From positions 1,520-65,519 of the forward strand of contig JBDTNV010000002.1 of NCBI GenBank assembly GCA_039933555.1: a stretch of 64,000 nucleotides of DNA, in the 5' to 3' direction. The notes beneath the pieces are model-generated. The model saw nothing but the letters and a program-made list of their open reading frames with translations. It made no database searches and was not told where the DNA came from. The stretch is from Ignavibacteria bacterium. Lineage in GTDB: Bacteria > Bacteroidota > Ignavibacteria > Tepidaquicellales > OLB5. This document shows positions 9,449 to 17,504 of the stretch, one piece after another; position 1 is the stretch's first letter, and every line of letters starts with the position of its first letter. The position numbers were made by a program, and so were the translations under genes.

Positions 9449-9532
9449 TTATTTTTCTCCTGATTATTTTTTAGAACTTATTCATCTTTACGAGAACAAA
9501 ACTGCATCTCAGGCAGTACAAACTTTACAGAG

Positions 9533-9540
9533 CAAAAATA
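9533..9540 (-). promoter_or_regulatory. TAnnTTTG -7 box for the 7196..9448 cargo gene
   Basis: Minus strand TATTTTTG, 85 nt upstream of ATG 9448. Confidence 0.4.
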
Positions 9541-9639
9541 CATTAATTGTTCCACACTATTCAAAATGAAATTTCCGGAATGTGAATGATTCTAAATTGC
9601 ATATTACTTCCTATTATTGCGGTTTTTTTGATTTTTTTA

Positions 9640-9652
9640 GCTATTTTTGTAT
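9640..9652 (+). promoter_or_regulatory. Conserved promoter motif GCTATTTTTGTAT (contains a TAnnTTTG -7 box) for paralog A
   Basis: 13-mer identical to 17455..17467 upstream of paralog B, and preceded by a T-run in both. Confidence 0.5.
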
Positions 9653-9668
9653 ATTAATTATATGAATT

Positions 9669-11147
9669 GTGAATAAAACCGGTACACAGAACAAGCTTCA
9701 AAGTAAAGCCCTGGATATACTTGGAAGCTTAAACGCAAAAGAATTTAATCAATTCGGTAAATATCTTGATACATTCTTTGTTTCAAACAGGAACTTGAAG
9801 AAGCTCTATGGGTATCTTAAAAGATATTATCCATCGTATGAAAGCCCCAATCTTTCCAAATTGAATATTCATAAAGCAGTTTACCCAGAATCTGCACAGT
9901 ACAGTGATTCTAAAGTAAGGAAACTCTTATCTGACATGTACAAAGAAGCTGAGAGCTACATATCAATTACACATTTGAGGAAAAATAAGCTCATCAACGA
10001 TAAGATATTACTTGATGAATTCGATTCAAGGACTCTGGACAACCTGTTTTACGCGAAATATGATGAAATAAATTCATTTCTAGATTCCGAAGGCGCCCAC
10101 TCTTATCAATTCCTGGAAAAACACATTATAGAGTGGATAAATATTTCATTCCATCTTGAAAGAGGAATGCAGCATAAAATTGCATTAAATGTATATAAGA
10201 GAGCAGAGTACATTATATTCTATTTACTATCGGATATGTTTACAACTTTGCAGGATATGAATGCAAATTTGGCAAGATATAATTTGTCTCAAAAAGTGAA
10301 TTTGGCACAAGAATTTATTTCAAACCTGGATACAGAAAAATTATTCAGATATATAGAAAAGAACTTCCCGGAGAACATAATTCTGCGGATATACTATTTA
10401 TCTTTTCATGCATTCAATAACATAGACCAGGAAAAGTACTATTTTGACCTTAAGAAGCTTGTCTTCAATAATCTGAAACTTTTACATGAAAACAGCAGGC
10501 GGGCAGCCGTCACATTTCTGATAAATTATTGTGTTAGAAAAGCTGCAATGAACAGGCAGGGGTTTGAATCTGAATTAAGTGAGAATTACAATGTTTATAT
10601 AAAGAGCAAACTGTACAGGTTAAGTGGTGAAAATTATTTAAGAATTGACCTTTTCCTTCATATCCTGGGGAATTACTTCAATATGGGCAAAATCAGAGAA
10701 GCGGCAGAATTCCTGAATGAGAACATCCAGGTAATTCAGCCGATCCACCGTAAAAATATGCTTAGCTTATGCAATGCAATGATTGAGTTTGAAAAGGGAG
10801 AATTCACAAGATCATTAGTAAGCGCATCACAACTTAAATCAAACACAAAACTATATAAAGATAGTTTAAAGATTCTTATACTGAAAAATAATTTTGAACT
10901 CAAAAACTATGAAACAGCTCTAGAAAATATTGCAAATTACAGGAAATCCATGGAAAAAAGTGAAAGCATGCATGAACAGGTGAAGGAAAAAAGCATGAAT
11001 TTCCTTCTCTATCTAAACCGCCTTGTAAAGCTGGCCAATAAAGAGCCTGATAAGAAACTTGCTCTTGAGTTGAGAAATGAAGTTAGCACTAACAAAAACA
11101 TTGGCGAAAGCAAATGGCTGATAAAGAAAATAGACGAAATAACATAG
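9669..11147 (+). CDS. Uncharacterised ~490-aa all-helical cytoplasmic protein, paralog A
   Basis: 492 aa with a GTG start, no signal peptide or TM segment, and no domain I recognise. Roughly half its residues match 17505..18968 (e.g. FHLERGMQHKIALN.YKR.EY, SGENY.R.DLFL.IL.NYF, IQP.HRKNML, LILKNN.ELKN). Confidence 0.85.
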   Translation: MNKTGTQNKLQSKALDILGSLNAKEFNQFGKYLDTFFVSNRNLKKLYGYLKRYYPSYESPNLSKLNIHKAVYPESAQYSDSKVRKLLSDMYKEAESYISITHLRKNKLINDKILLDEFDSRTLDNLFYAKYDEINSFLDSEGAHSYQFLEKHIIEWINISFHLERGMQHKIALNVYKRAEYIIFYLLSDMFTTLQDMNANLARYNLSQKVNLAQEFISNLDTEKLFRYIEKNFPENIILRIYYLSFHAFNNIDQEKYYFDLKKLVFNNLKLLHENSRRAAVTFLINYCVRKAAMNRQGFESELSENYNVYIKSKLYRLSGENYLRIDLFLHILGNYFNMGKIREAAEFLNENIQVIQPIHRKNMLSLCNAMIEFEKGEFTRSLVSASQLKSNTKLYKDSLKILILKNNFELKNYETALENIANYRKSMEKSESMHEQVKEKSMNFLLYLNRLVKLANKEPDKKLALELRNEVSTNKNIGESKWLIKKIDEIT

Positions 11148-11156
11148 CAAAAAATA

Positions 11157-11945
11157 TTATTTAGTGTTTAGCCCCAGAAGATAATCGCAGCATTTCTTGA
11201 AATTACCATCTGCGTTATTCCTCTCAACGATCCAGTATTTATTATTGATCCTTGCTTCCAAGATACTGAAAGACATTTTAGATTTATCTGGTTTTTCATT
11301 TAGATAAGAAGGCATTTCAAAAAACCCTGAATCCTTTATCAAATTTCCAAGTTCCTCCCAGTTTGTATTTTCTGCTGAACCAGTAATATTTTTGATAAAT
11401 TCAAGTTTCACAGGCATATCACTCATTGACTCATATTCTGCATAAGAAATTTCTTTAGTTGTATCAAGCGAGCCATCCGGATTAATTGCCGGAACATACT
11501 TTCCATTACTCTGCGGTTTTAAGAATGCCGCCCTTGAGAGTATTCTGCATGTTAACCATATGTTATCCTTATCTTTATGAAGTGATACAATTGTACATTT
11601 ATCAAACCCGTTGAACTGCATCAGCCTGTATACATCATGTCCTTCACTAATTGAATAAATTATAGGCTCCTTAGCTTTCAGCAATGTACCTGAATATGTT
11701 GAAAGCTTCGCTGTATCTATGCTTGATGCAGAATTATCTTTATCAGTAGTTGTTACCGGGTAATAATATCTTGGCGCATCAACACTTTTGCTTTCATTTT
11801 TGGAGTTACTTTCTTTCTTATCGCTCAGTTTTTCAAGTTTTTCCTTTGCGCCGCAGGACGAGAATAGTATTACAAATGAAAACTTAACTAGAATTATTAA
11901 TGCTATAGTCGAAACTTGTGATATATATATTTTTCTCTTTGTCAT
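11157..11945 (-). CDS. Hypothetical lipoprotein
   Basis: 262 aa. Hydrophobic leader ending in the lipobox-like LFSSC, then a Ser/Lys-rich linker. No recognisable domain. Confidence 0.6.
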   Translation of the reverse strand: MTKRKIYISQVSTIALIILVKFSFVILFSSCGAKEKLEKLSDKKESNSKNESKSVDAPRYYYPVTTTDKDNSASSIDTAKLSTYSGTLLKAKEPIIYSISEGHDVYRLMQFNGFDKCTIVSLHKDKDNIWLTCRILSRAAFLKPQSNGKYVPAINPDGSLDTTKEISYAEYESMSDMPVKLEFIKNITGSAENTNWEELGNLIKDSGFFEMPSYLNEKPDKSKMSFSILEARINNKYWIVERNNADGNFKKCCDYLLGLNTK

Positions 11946-11989
11946 AATTTAGATAATTAATTTTTATGCTCATTTAAAACGAAAAATTA

Positions 11990-12388
11990 CTATTGCTTAT
12001 ACACCATTGTGACTGTACCTTTTCCTATTGTTTCATCATTACAGCCAATAACACTTAACGTATAGTCACCCCATTGAGGCATATCCATTTCAAAACAGAC
12101 CCATGTAGCAGAAGGATCTATATCTACCCAGGAAACGGGGCCCGGCTCGCCTAATTTTTCTCTTCTGAATTTAATTTGGTTGCATCCATATGCTGCGGGA
12201 AAATTAACCAGAATATAAATTACATTATCCTTATACGCATCATATTTAAACTTGGTATTTTCGCCAACAGGCACTCCATCAGTGCTCTTTGACTCGCAAA
12301 AATGGATTGTTTGACTCTTAAGGCCCGAAATAAAGATGAACATCAAGATAAATACACAGAATATTAAAACATTTTTTTTTGATTTCAT
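11990..12388 (-). CDS. Hypothetical small secreted protein
   Basis: 132 aa with signal peptide MKSKKNVLIFCVFILMFIFISGLKSQ. No recognisable domain. Confidence 0.6.
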   Translation of the reverse strand: MKSKKNVLIFCVFILMFIFISGLKSQTIHFCESKSTDGVPVGENTKFKYDAYKDNVIYILVNFPAAYGCNQIKFRREKLGEPGPVSWVDIDPSATWVCFEMDMPQWGDYTLSVIGCNDETIGKGTVTMVYKQ

Positions 12389-12413
12389 TATTTTACATTA
12401 TTTTATCTTAAAT

Positions 12414-12449
12414 AAATAAAAAGCAGGGCAGGAGAACATCGCCCTGCTT
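12414..12449 (-). terminator. Intrinsic terminator after the 12466..13689 gene
   Basis: Minus strand AAGCAGGGC-11 nt-GCCCTGCTT followed by TTTATTTATTT. Confidence 0.7.
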
Positions 12450-12465
12450 CAATTAACTACCGATG

Positions 12466-13689
12466 CTATTTGATGAGAATCATTTTCTTAACGTCTTTAT
12501 ATTCACCTGCATTGATGCTGTAAAAGTATGTTCCGCTTGCAAGATTTGATGCATCAAAATTAACAGTATACTTACCCGCTCCGAGCTCTTCATTCACCAG
12601 TGTTCTTACTTCCCTACCAAGAAGATCATATACAGAGATCTTTACATTTGAAATATCCGCAATATCAAACTTAATGGTTGTAGATGGATTAAACGGGTTT
12701 GGGTAATTATTGTACAGTTTAAAATCTGAAGGTACTTCACTGCTGTATGTGTTCACTGAAGTGGTAGCGCTATATTTAAACAGGTTTCCTGCAGTTCCAA
12801 CAACATAACCCACATTTGCCGAAGGGAAATGAACTGAAAAGAATCCCGCATTTGTTCCTGAAATATCCGAAAGCCATGAAGAGCCTCCGTTGGTTGTTTT
12901 GATTATGGTATTGGTAAAACCAACTATCCACCCGGTATTTGCATTGATGAAATGCACATCCCGGAATTCCTGAATAACACCGCTTGTGAGAGTGCTCCAG
13001 CCTGTCCCCCCGTTTACGGTTTTCCTGATAAGCCCGTTCTGCCCAACAACAAACCCGGTGTTATCATCAACAAAGTAGACGGAATTTATGAGGTTTGGCT
13101 GACTGGTTTGCGGGGCCCAGTTCACACCATAGTCAAATGAACGCCTGATGTTACCTGATTCGCCCGCTATCCAGCCGTTAGCGCCGCCTGGGAAATATAC
13201 CGAGAGCAGAGTATTAGCCGTACCGCTCCCTTGGGAAAGCCAGTTTATTCCGCCATTAACTGTCCTTCTCATGTAGCCATCTTCGCCAACAACCCATCCT
13301 GTTTGTGAATTGATGAAATGCAGTGAATACAGGATATTTGTTTGCGAGCCGGTGGATTGCAGGCTCCACGTAGCCCCTCCGTTGTTTGTGTAAACAATCC
13401 TGTTATTGGTGGCACATACCCAGCCAATATCGGGTGTTGCAAAGTAAACACAATTAAGGTCAAAATTTCCAATCAATGAACTGTTTTGTGCCACCCAGTT
13501 GAGCCCGCCGTTTGTCGTTTTGCGTAAAACATTATTAGCTCCTACAATATAACCTGTTTGCTCATTTGGAAAGTGAACTCCCCGAAGTGTAGTTGTTGTT
13601 CCGCTGACAAGCGGCGACCATGACTGCGAATATGCCGCTGCGGAAATGAAGACTGAAACTAAAAAAAACATGAAGATCTTGAAATGCAT
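12466..13689 (-). CDS. BNR/Ycf48-like beta-propeller protein with T9SS C-terminal sorting domain
   Basis: 407 aa with a signal peptide and many repeats of the type TTNGG.NW / T.NGG..W. CTD ..NYPNPFNPSTTIKF...KKMILIK. AGGAG lies 5 nt upstream of the ATG. Confidence 0.75.
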   Translation of the reverse strand: MHFKIFMFFLVSVFISAAAYSQSWSPLVSGTTTTLRGVHFPNEQTGYIVGANNVLRKTTNGGLNWVAQNSSLIGNFDLNCVYFATPDIGWVCATNNRIVYTNNGGATWSLQSTGSQTNILYSLHFINSQTGWVVGEDGYMRRTVNGGINWLSQGSGTANTLLSVYFPGGANGWIAGESGNIRRSFDYGVNWAPQTSQPNLINSVYFVDDNTGFVVGQNGLIRKTVNGGTGWSTLTSGVIQEFRDVHFINANTGWIVGFTNTIIKTTNGGSSWLSDISGTNAGFFSVHFPSANVGYVVGTAGNLFKYSATTSVNTYSSEVPSDFKLYNNYPNPFNPSTTIKFDIADISNVKISVYDLLGREVRTLVNEELGAGKYTVNFDASNLASGTYFYSINAGEYKDVKKMILIK

Positions 13690-13732
13690 TTTTGCTCCTT
13701 TTATTATATGTTTTTAAATTCCCCAAAAAATC

Positions 13733-13755
13733 ATTTTATTAACCTTAGAAACAAG
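13733..13755 (-). repeat. Conserved intergenic element (minus strand CTTGTTTCTAAGGTTAATAAAAT), copy 1
   Basis: Matches 15602..15623 at 22 of 23 positions (one extra T here). Starts exactly 17 nt after the stop codon of the upstream cargo gene in both copies. Confidence 0.6.
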
Positions 13756-13760
13756 GCTGC

Positions 13761-13779
13761 AAAATAGCTTTGCTATTTT
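13761..13779 (-). other. 8-bp hairpin that includes the stop codon of the cargo gene
   Basis: Minus strand AAAATAGC-aaa-GCTATTTT, with the TAG stop at 13775..13773 in the 5' arm. Confidence 0.5.
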
Positions 13780-15584
13780 ACGAGTATCATTTTTTTGATA
13801 TTTATAACACTTCCTGCTTCAATTTTGTAGAAATAAGTACCGCTTGCAAGAGCTGATGCATCAAATCTCACTTCATGATCACCGGCTTTTAGATTTTCAT
13901 CTACTAAGACACTAATTTCTTTACCCAGAAGATCATACACGGTAATTTTTACTTTTGATTCAGCCGGAATTGAATATTTTATTGTTGTAACCGGATTAAA
14001 TGGATTTGGATAATTTTCCATATGAAATTCGCCGGGACCGGGTTCAACATTTGCCTTAGTTTGCTGTAAACAAAAATCAGTAACACAAAGTGTTTGATTT
14101 GAAAATTCCGAATTATATAATACCATGCACCCATTTACAAATGAATTGCCGGTATAGCCTGCCCTTAATTTTCCATATGAATTCACCGGATATAGCAAGT
14201 CTGCAACAAAAGAGCTTGTTGGCTCATAAGAAGTATTATTAATATTTCCGGTATAATATATATTCAGGTCATTATAAGTTGTGTAGGCGAACTTACATTT
14301 GCCTTGTGAAAGCTTTATTGCCTGAACATCAATATATTTGCAGGAAACCTGGTTTGAGCCTTCAACGTATGTATTTGTAAAATTTGAAAAAGAAGTTCCG
14401 CCGTTTGATGAAAACAAACATTTGAAATCATAGTTATTGGAATTGGCTGTAAGTACCCTGTATGCAATTGCAATGTTTTGATTGGAAGGTCCCCCACTGG
14501 AAACAACATGCGGCTCATCAATTTTCAAGCCATCGGAATATGTTGAATTTCCCGCAGGCGATAGACCATAATTATCACTGTAAGCCGAATACAAATAACT
14601 GTAAGCGGGAATATTAAAAATGGTATAAACCCTGTCCGTACCGTTTTGCGATCTGTAAAAGCAAATATCCTGCCAAATGTAATAATTGGCCCCGTTAGGA
14701 GTTGAACCATACCAGTAGAAGCTTTGGCTATTCCGGTAAGTCAATTGGAAGATGTTATTGAGCGGGTTAAAAACCATTGCAAACCGCTGGTATACGTTCT
14801 TAATGCCATCACTTCTCAATGAATCAACTGAAACGCTAAGATATATATAGGCGCCTGCATAAACTGAGTTGTCGCTTGTTATCCTGGGATTATATACGCT
14901 TACATTTGTGTAGGCAGAACCCCAGTGACTCCAAGTGTTAAAGCTTTGCGCTCCTGTTGTAAGGTTAAAACTAAAAAAAACAGATGCAACATGGCTTCCA
15001 ATGGTATATCCTGCGGCACAAAACAGGACTGTATCGGTACCGCCGATTATTGGTTCAATATCCAGCTCACCCGTTCTAAACCGTGCGCCAAGATAGGAGT
15101 AGCCTTTCAGAACCCAGCTTACACCATTATCATATGAGGCGAATATCCTAATGATGTCATAATTTGAATCATAGAATTTAGTTGTTGCTGCAAATAGTGT
15201 GTTTGACCGGCTTGAGGTTTGAGTTGCAATAGTTTTCACGTTCGGCCCATCAAGAAAGGAATTAAACTGTGAAGTAGAATTCCCGTGAAGTATCTTATTA
15301 TCAACTGTCATATCACCCGGAATGATTGAAACATCCGGTATACCTTCATTTTTAGTTTCACCGTAAAATGATTTTAATTTATTTATGTATTTCAACTCAT
15401 CCACTGCATCATTATTCAGCCTTGCTTTGCTCAGCTCACCTGTTATATTTTGTATTTCTGCCGAGTTGAAATCCGTTTGATTCATTATACCTTTGATATT
15501 ACCCTGCTGAGAAAGTAATCCCGCAGTTAAGATAAATGAAAGAAGAAGAAAGCCTGTAATTTTTTTCATTTTAAAATTATTCAT
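13773..15584 (-). CDS. Secreted protein of unknown function with T9SS C-terminal sorting domain
   Basis: 603 aa. Signal peptide ..MKKITGFLLLSFILTAGLLSQ. CTD ..NYPNPFNPVTTIKY...IKKMILVK. Confidence 0.7.
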   Translation of the reverse strand: MNNFKMKKITGFLLLSFILTAGLLSQQGNIKGIMNQTDFNSAEIQNITGELSKARLNNDAVDELKYINKLKSFYGETKNEGIPDVSIIPGDMTVDNKILHGNSTSQFNSFLDGPNVKTIATQTSSRSNTLFAATTKFYDSNYDIIRIFASYDNGVSWVLKGYSYLGARFRTGELDIEPIIGGTDTVLFCAAGYTIGSHVASVFFSFNLTTGAQSFNTWSHWGSAYTNVSVYNPRITSDNSVYAGAYIYLSVSVDSLRSDGIKNVYQRFAMVFNPLNNIFQLTYRNSQSFYWYGSTPNGANYYIWQDICFYRSQNGTDRVYTIFNIPAYSYLYSAYSDNYGLSPAGNSTYSDGLKIDEPHVVSSGGPSNQNIAIAYRVLTANSNNYDFKCLFSSNGGTSFSNFTNTYVEGSNQVSCKYIDVQAIKLSQGKCKFAYTTYNDLNIYYTGNINNTSYEPTSSFVADLLYPVNSYGKLRAGYTGNSFVNGCMVLYNSEFSNQTLCVTDFCLQQTKANVEPGPGEFHMENYPNPFNPVTTIKYSIPAESKVKITVYDLLGKEISVLVDENLKAGDHEVRFDASALASGTYFYKIEAGSVINIKKMILVK

Positions 15585-15601
15585 TTAGTTTTTTTGAATT
15601 T

Positions 15602-15623
15602 ATTTTATAACCTTAGAAACAAG
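15602..15623 (-). repeat. Conserved intergenic element (minus strand CTTGTTTCTAAGGTTATAAAAT), copy 2
   Basis: See 13733..13755. Located 17 nt after the stop of the 15641..17290 gene. Confidence 0.6.
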
Positions 15624-15627
15624 ATTA

Positions 15628-15649
15628 CTTAAATACTTCGTTATTTAAG
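15628..15649 (-). other. 8-bp hairpin that includes the stop codon of the cargo gene (covarying version)
   Basis: Minus strand CTTAAATA-acgaag-TATTTAAG. The 5' arm is the last codons plus TA of the TAA stop. Confidence 0.45.
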
Positions 15650-17290
15650 TAAAACCATTTTCCTGATATCCGTAAAGTTCCCTGCTGTAATCTTATAGAA
15701 ATACGTACCGCTTGCCAGAGTCGAAGCATCAAAATTTATTTCATAGCTGCCTGCAGTTTTAAATTCATTTGTTAGCATTTGCACTATTCTGCCTAGTATA
15801 TTATAGATTGTTATTTTTACTATTGCAGATTGAGGAATATCGAATCTTATTCCAGTGGAAGGATTAAACGGGTTTGGATAGTTTTGATAAAGCTTATTTT
15901 TATTAGGCAGAAGATTAGAAATTGTGTTGACGGCTACAACCTGTGAATATTTAATCGTAACAATATCATAGCCGGTACCTGGCCCAATGCTCGAGCCAGT
16001 AACAAATACATCATTAAAAGCATTAAGCTTTATACCAACAACATAATCATATAAATTTGTGCCGCCATCATAATTTTTAGACCATTGCAGCACACCTGAT
16101 GTATTGTATTTTATAGTCGTGTAATCTGTTGTTCCAATAGTATCCGTCTGGGTATTACCGGTTACATATATATTTCCGGCATTATCGCAGACTATTTCGT
16201 TACCCACATCAAAACGATTTCCGGAACCATTATAAGTGTTAGCCCATTGCTGTGTGCCCGAAGAATTATATTTTAACGTAAGCATATCGTAGTTAGCGGG
16301 TGAAATAGCCGTTCTGCCTGTAATAAATACATTTCCGTAAGCGTCAACAGCAATAGATGAAGCCTCATCATAATCATTTGCGCTTCCGTTGTATCTTGCA
16401 GTCCATAATTGCGCTCCTGCTGAATTATATTTAATAGTGGCACAATCGCTGTTGCCGTTCCCCCAGCTTACACCGGTTATATATACATTCCCGGAAGTAT
16501 CCAGCACTAAAGATTTAACATCATCATTGGCATTACCGGGACCGTAATATCTTGCTAACCATTGCTCTGCACCATTGGAATTATATTTAATCGTAACATA
16601 ATCTGTATTATTAGGGTTAATCCTGTTGCTTCCTGTGATGAAAACATTAGCAAGGTTATCGACCGCAATGGATACAGCGGCATCAAAACTGTTTAACGAC
16701 CCGAATTTTCTGACCGCCCATTGCAGTACACCCGCGCTGCTGTATTTTAAGGTCATGAATCCACCCGAATTTACTGCCGCTGAGTCGCTTTTACCGGTAA
16801 CATAAACGTTTCCGCTGTTATCAACAACAATACTTCTTCCATCATCGTTAAGATTAAAACCGTTGTACTTTGAAGCCCATTGAAGCACTCCGTTAGTATT
16901 GTATTTAATTGTCAGGCAATCATAACGTGCAGTAGAGTCAGACCAGGAACTGCCGGTAGCGTAAACATTACCTGAGGCATCAAGTGTTAATGCGTTTAAG
17001 TAATCTGTACCATTGCCCGCTCCCAAATAATGCTGAACCCATAACAGAATTCCTGCAGAATTGTATTTGATAACCGTGCAATCTTCAAAACCCTGCGGAT
17101 CCTGGGAGGACCCGGCAACATATGTGTTTCCCAATGCATCAATCTTAAGCGAACTGGCGTAATCTCCGGAATTCCCTGCTCTGTTGTACCTTGCAATCCA
17201 TTCTGTATTTACCTGCGAATAAACACTTTTTACACAAAATAAAGTTATTACAATAAGGAGCGAATACTTCAATTCACGAAACAAATTCAT
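15641..17290 (-). CDS. SBBP (beta-propeller) repeat protein with T9SS C-terminal sorting domain
   Basis: The track ORF extends to 17416, but the Met at 17290 starts a proper signal peptide, MNLFRELKYSLLIVITLFCVKSVYSQ. About ten repeats of the type GN.YVTG...DY.TIKYN..G...W. CTD ..NYPNPFNPSTGIRF...IRKMVLLK. Confidence 0.75.
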   Translation of the reverse strand: MNLFRELKYSLLIVITLFCVKSVYSQVNTEWIARYNRAGNSGDYASSLKIDALGNTYVAGSSQDPQGFEDCTVIKYNSAGILLWVQHYLGAGNGTDYLNALTLDASGNVYATGSSWSDSTARYDCLTIKYNTNGVLQWASKYNGFNLNDDGRSIVVDNSGNVYVTGKSDSAAVNSGGFMTLKYSSAGVLQWAVRKFGSLNSFDAAVSIAVDNLANVFITGSNRINPNNTDYVTIKYNSNGAEQWLARYYGPGNANDDVKSLVLDTSGNVYITGVSWGNGNSDCATIKYNSAGAQLWTARYNGSANDYDEASSIAVDAYGNVFITGRTAISPANYDMLTLKYNSSGTQQWANTYNGSGNRFDVGNEIVCDNAGNIYVTGNTQTDTIGTTDYTTIKYNTSGVLQWSKNYDGGTNLYDYVVGIKLNAFNDVFVTGSSIGPGTGYDIVTIKYSQVVAVNTISNLLPNKNKLYQNYPNPFNPSTGIRFDIPQSAIVKITIYNILGRIVQMLTNEFKTAGSYEINFDASTLASGTYFYKITAGNFTDIRKMVLLK

Positions 17291-17349
17291 AGTATGACTC
17301 ATATAATATGTACAATTAATTGTCATTACATTTCTGATGTAATGTTCAT

Positions 17350-17357
17350 CAAAACTA
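17350..17357 (-). promoter_or_regulatory. TAnnTTTG -7 box for the SBBP cargo gene
   Basis: Minus strand TAGTTTTG, 60 nt upstream of ATG 17290. Confidence 0.35.
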
Positions 17358-17454
17358 CATTTAAAGTCAGTTTTTTCAAAAGGGAGTTTTATTGATTGTG
17401 AAAAATTAAATATCACCTGTTAATTACCATTTTTTCGTATTTCATTCTTTTTTT

Positions 17455-17467
17455 GCTATTTTTGTAT
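17455..17467 (+). promoter_or_regulatory. Conserved promoter motif GCTATTTTTGTAT for paralog B
   Basis: Identical 13-mer to 9640..9652, 37 nt upstream of ATG 17505. Confidence 0.5.
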
Positions 17468-17504
17468 GTAAAACCTTTCGTTATTGTGAAAATTTAAATC
17501 TCAA

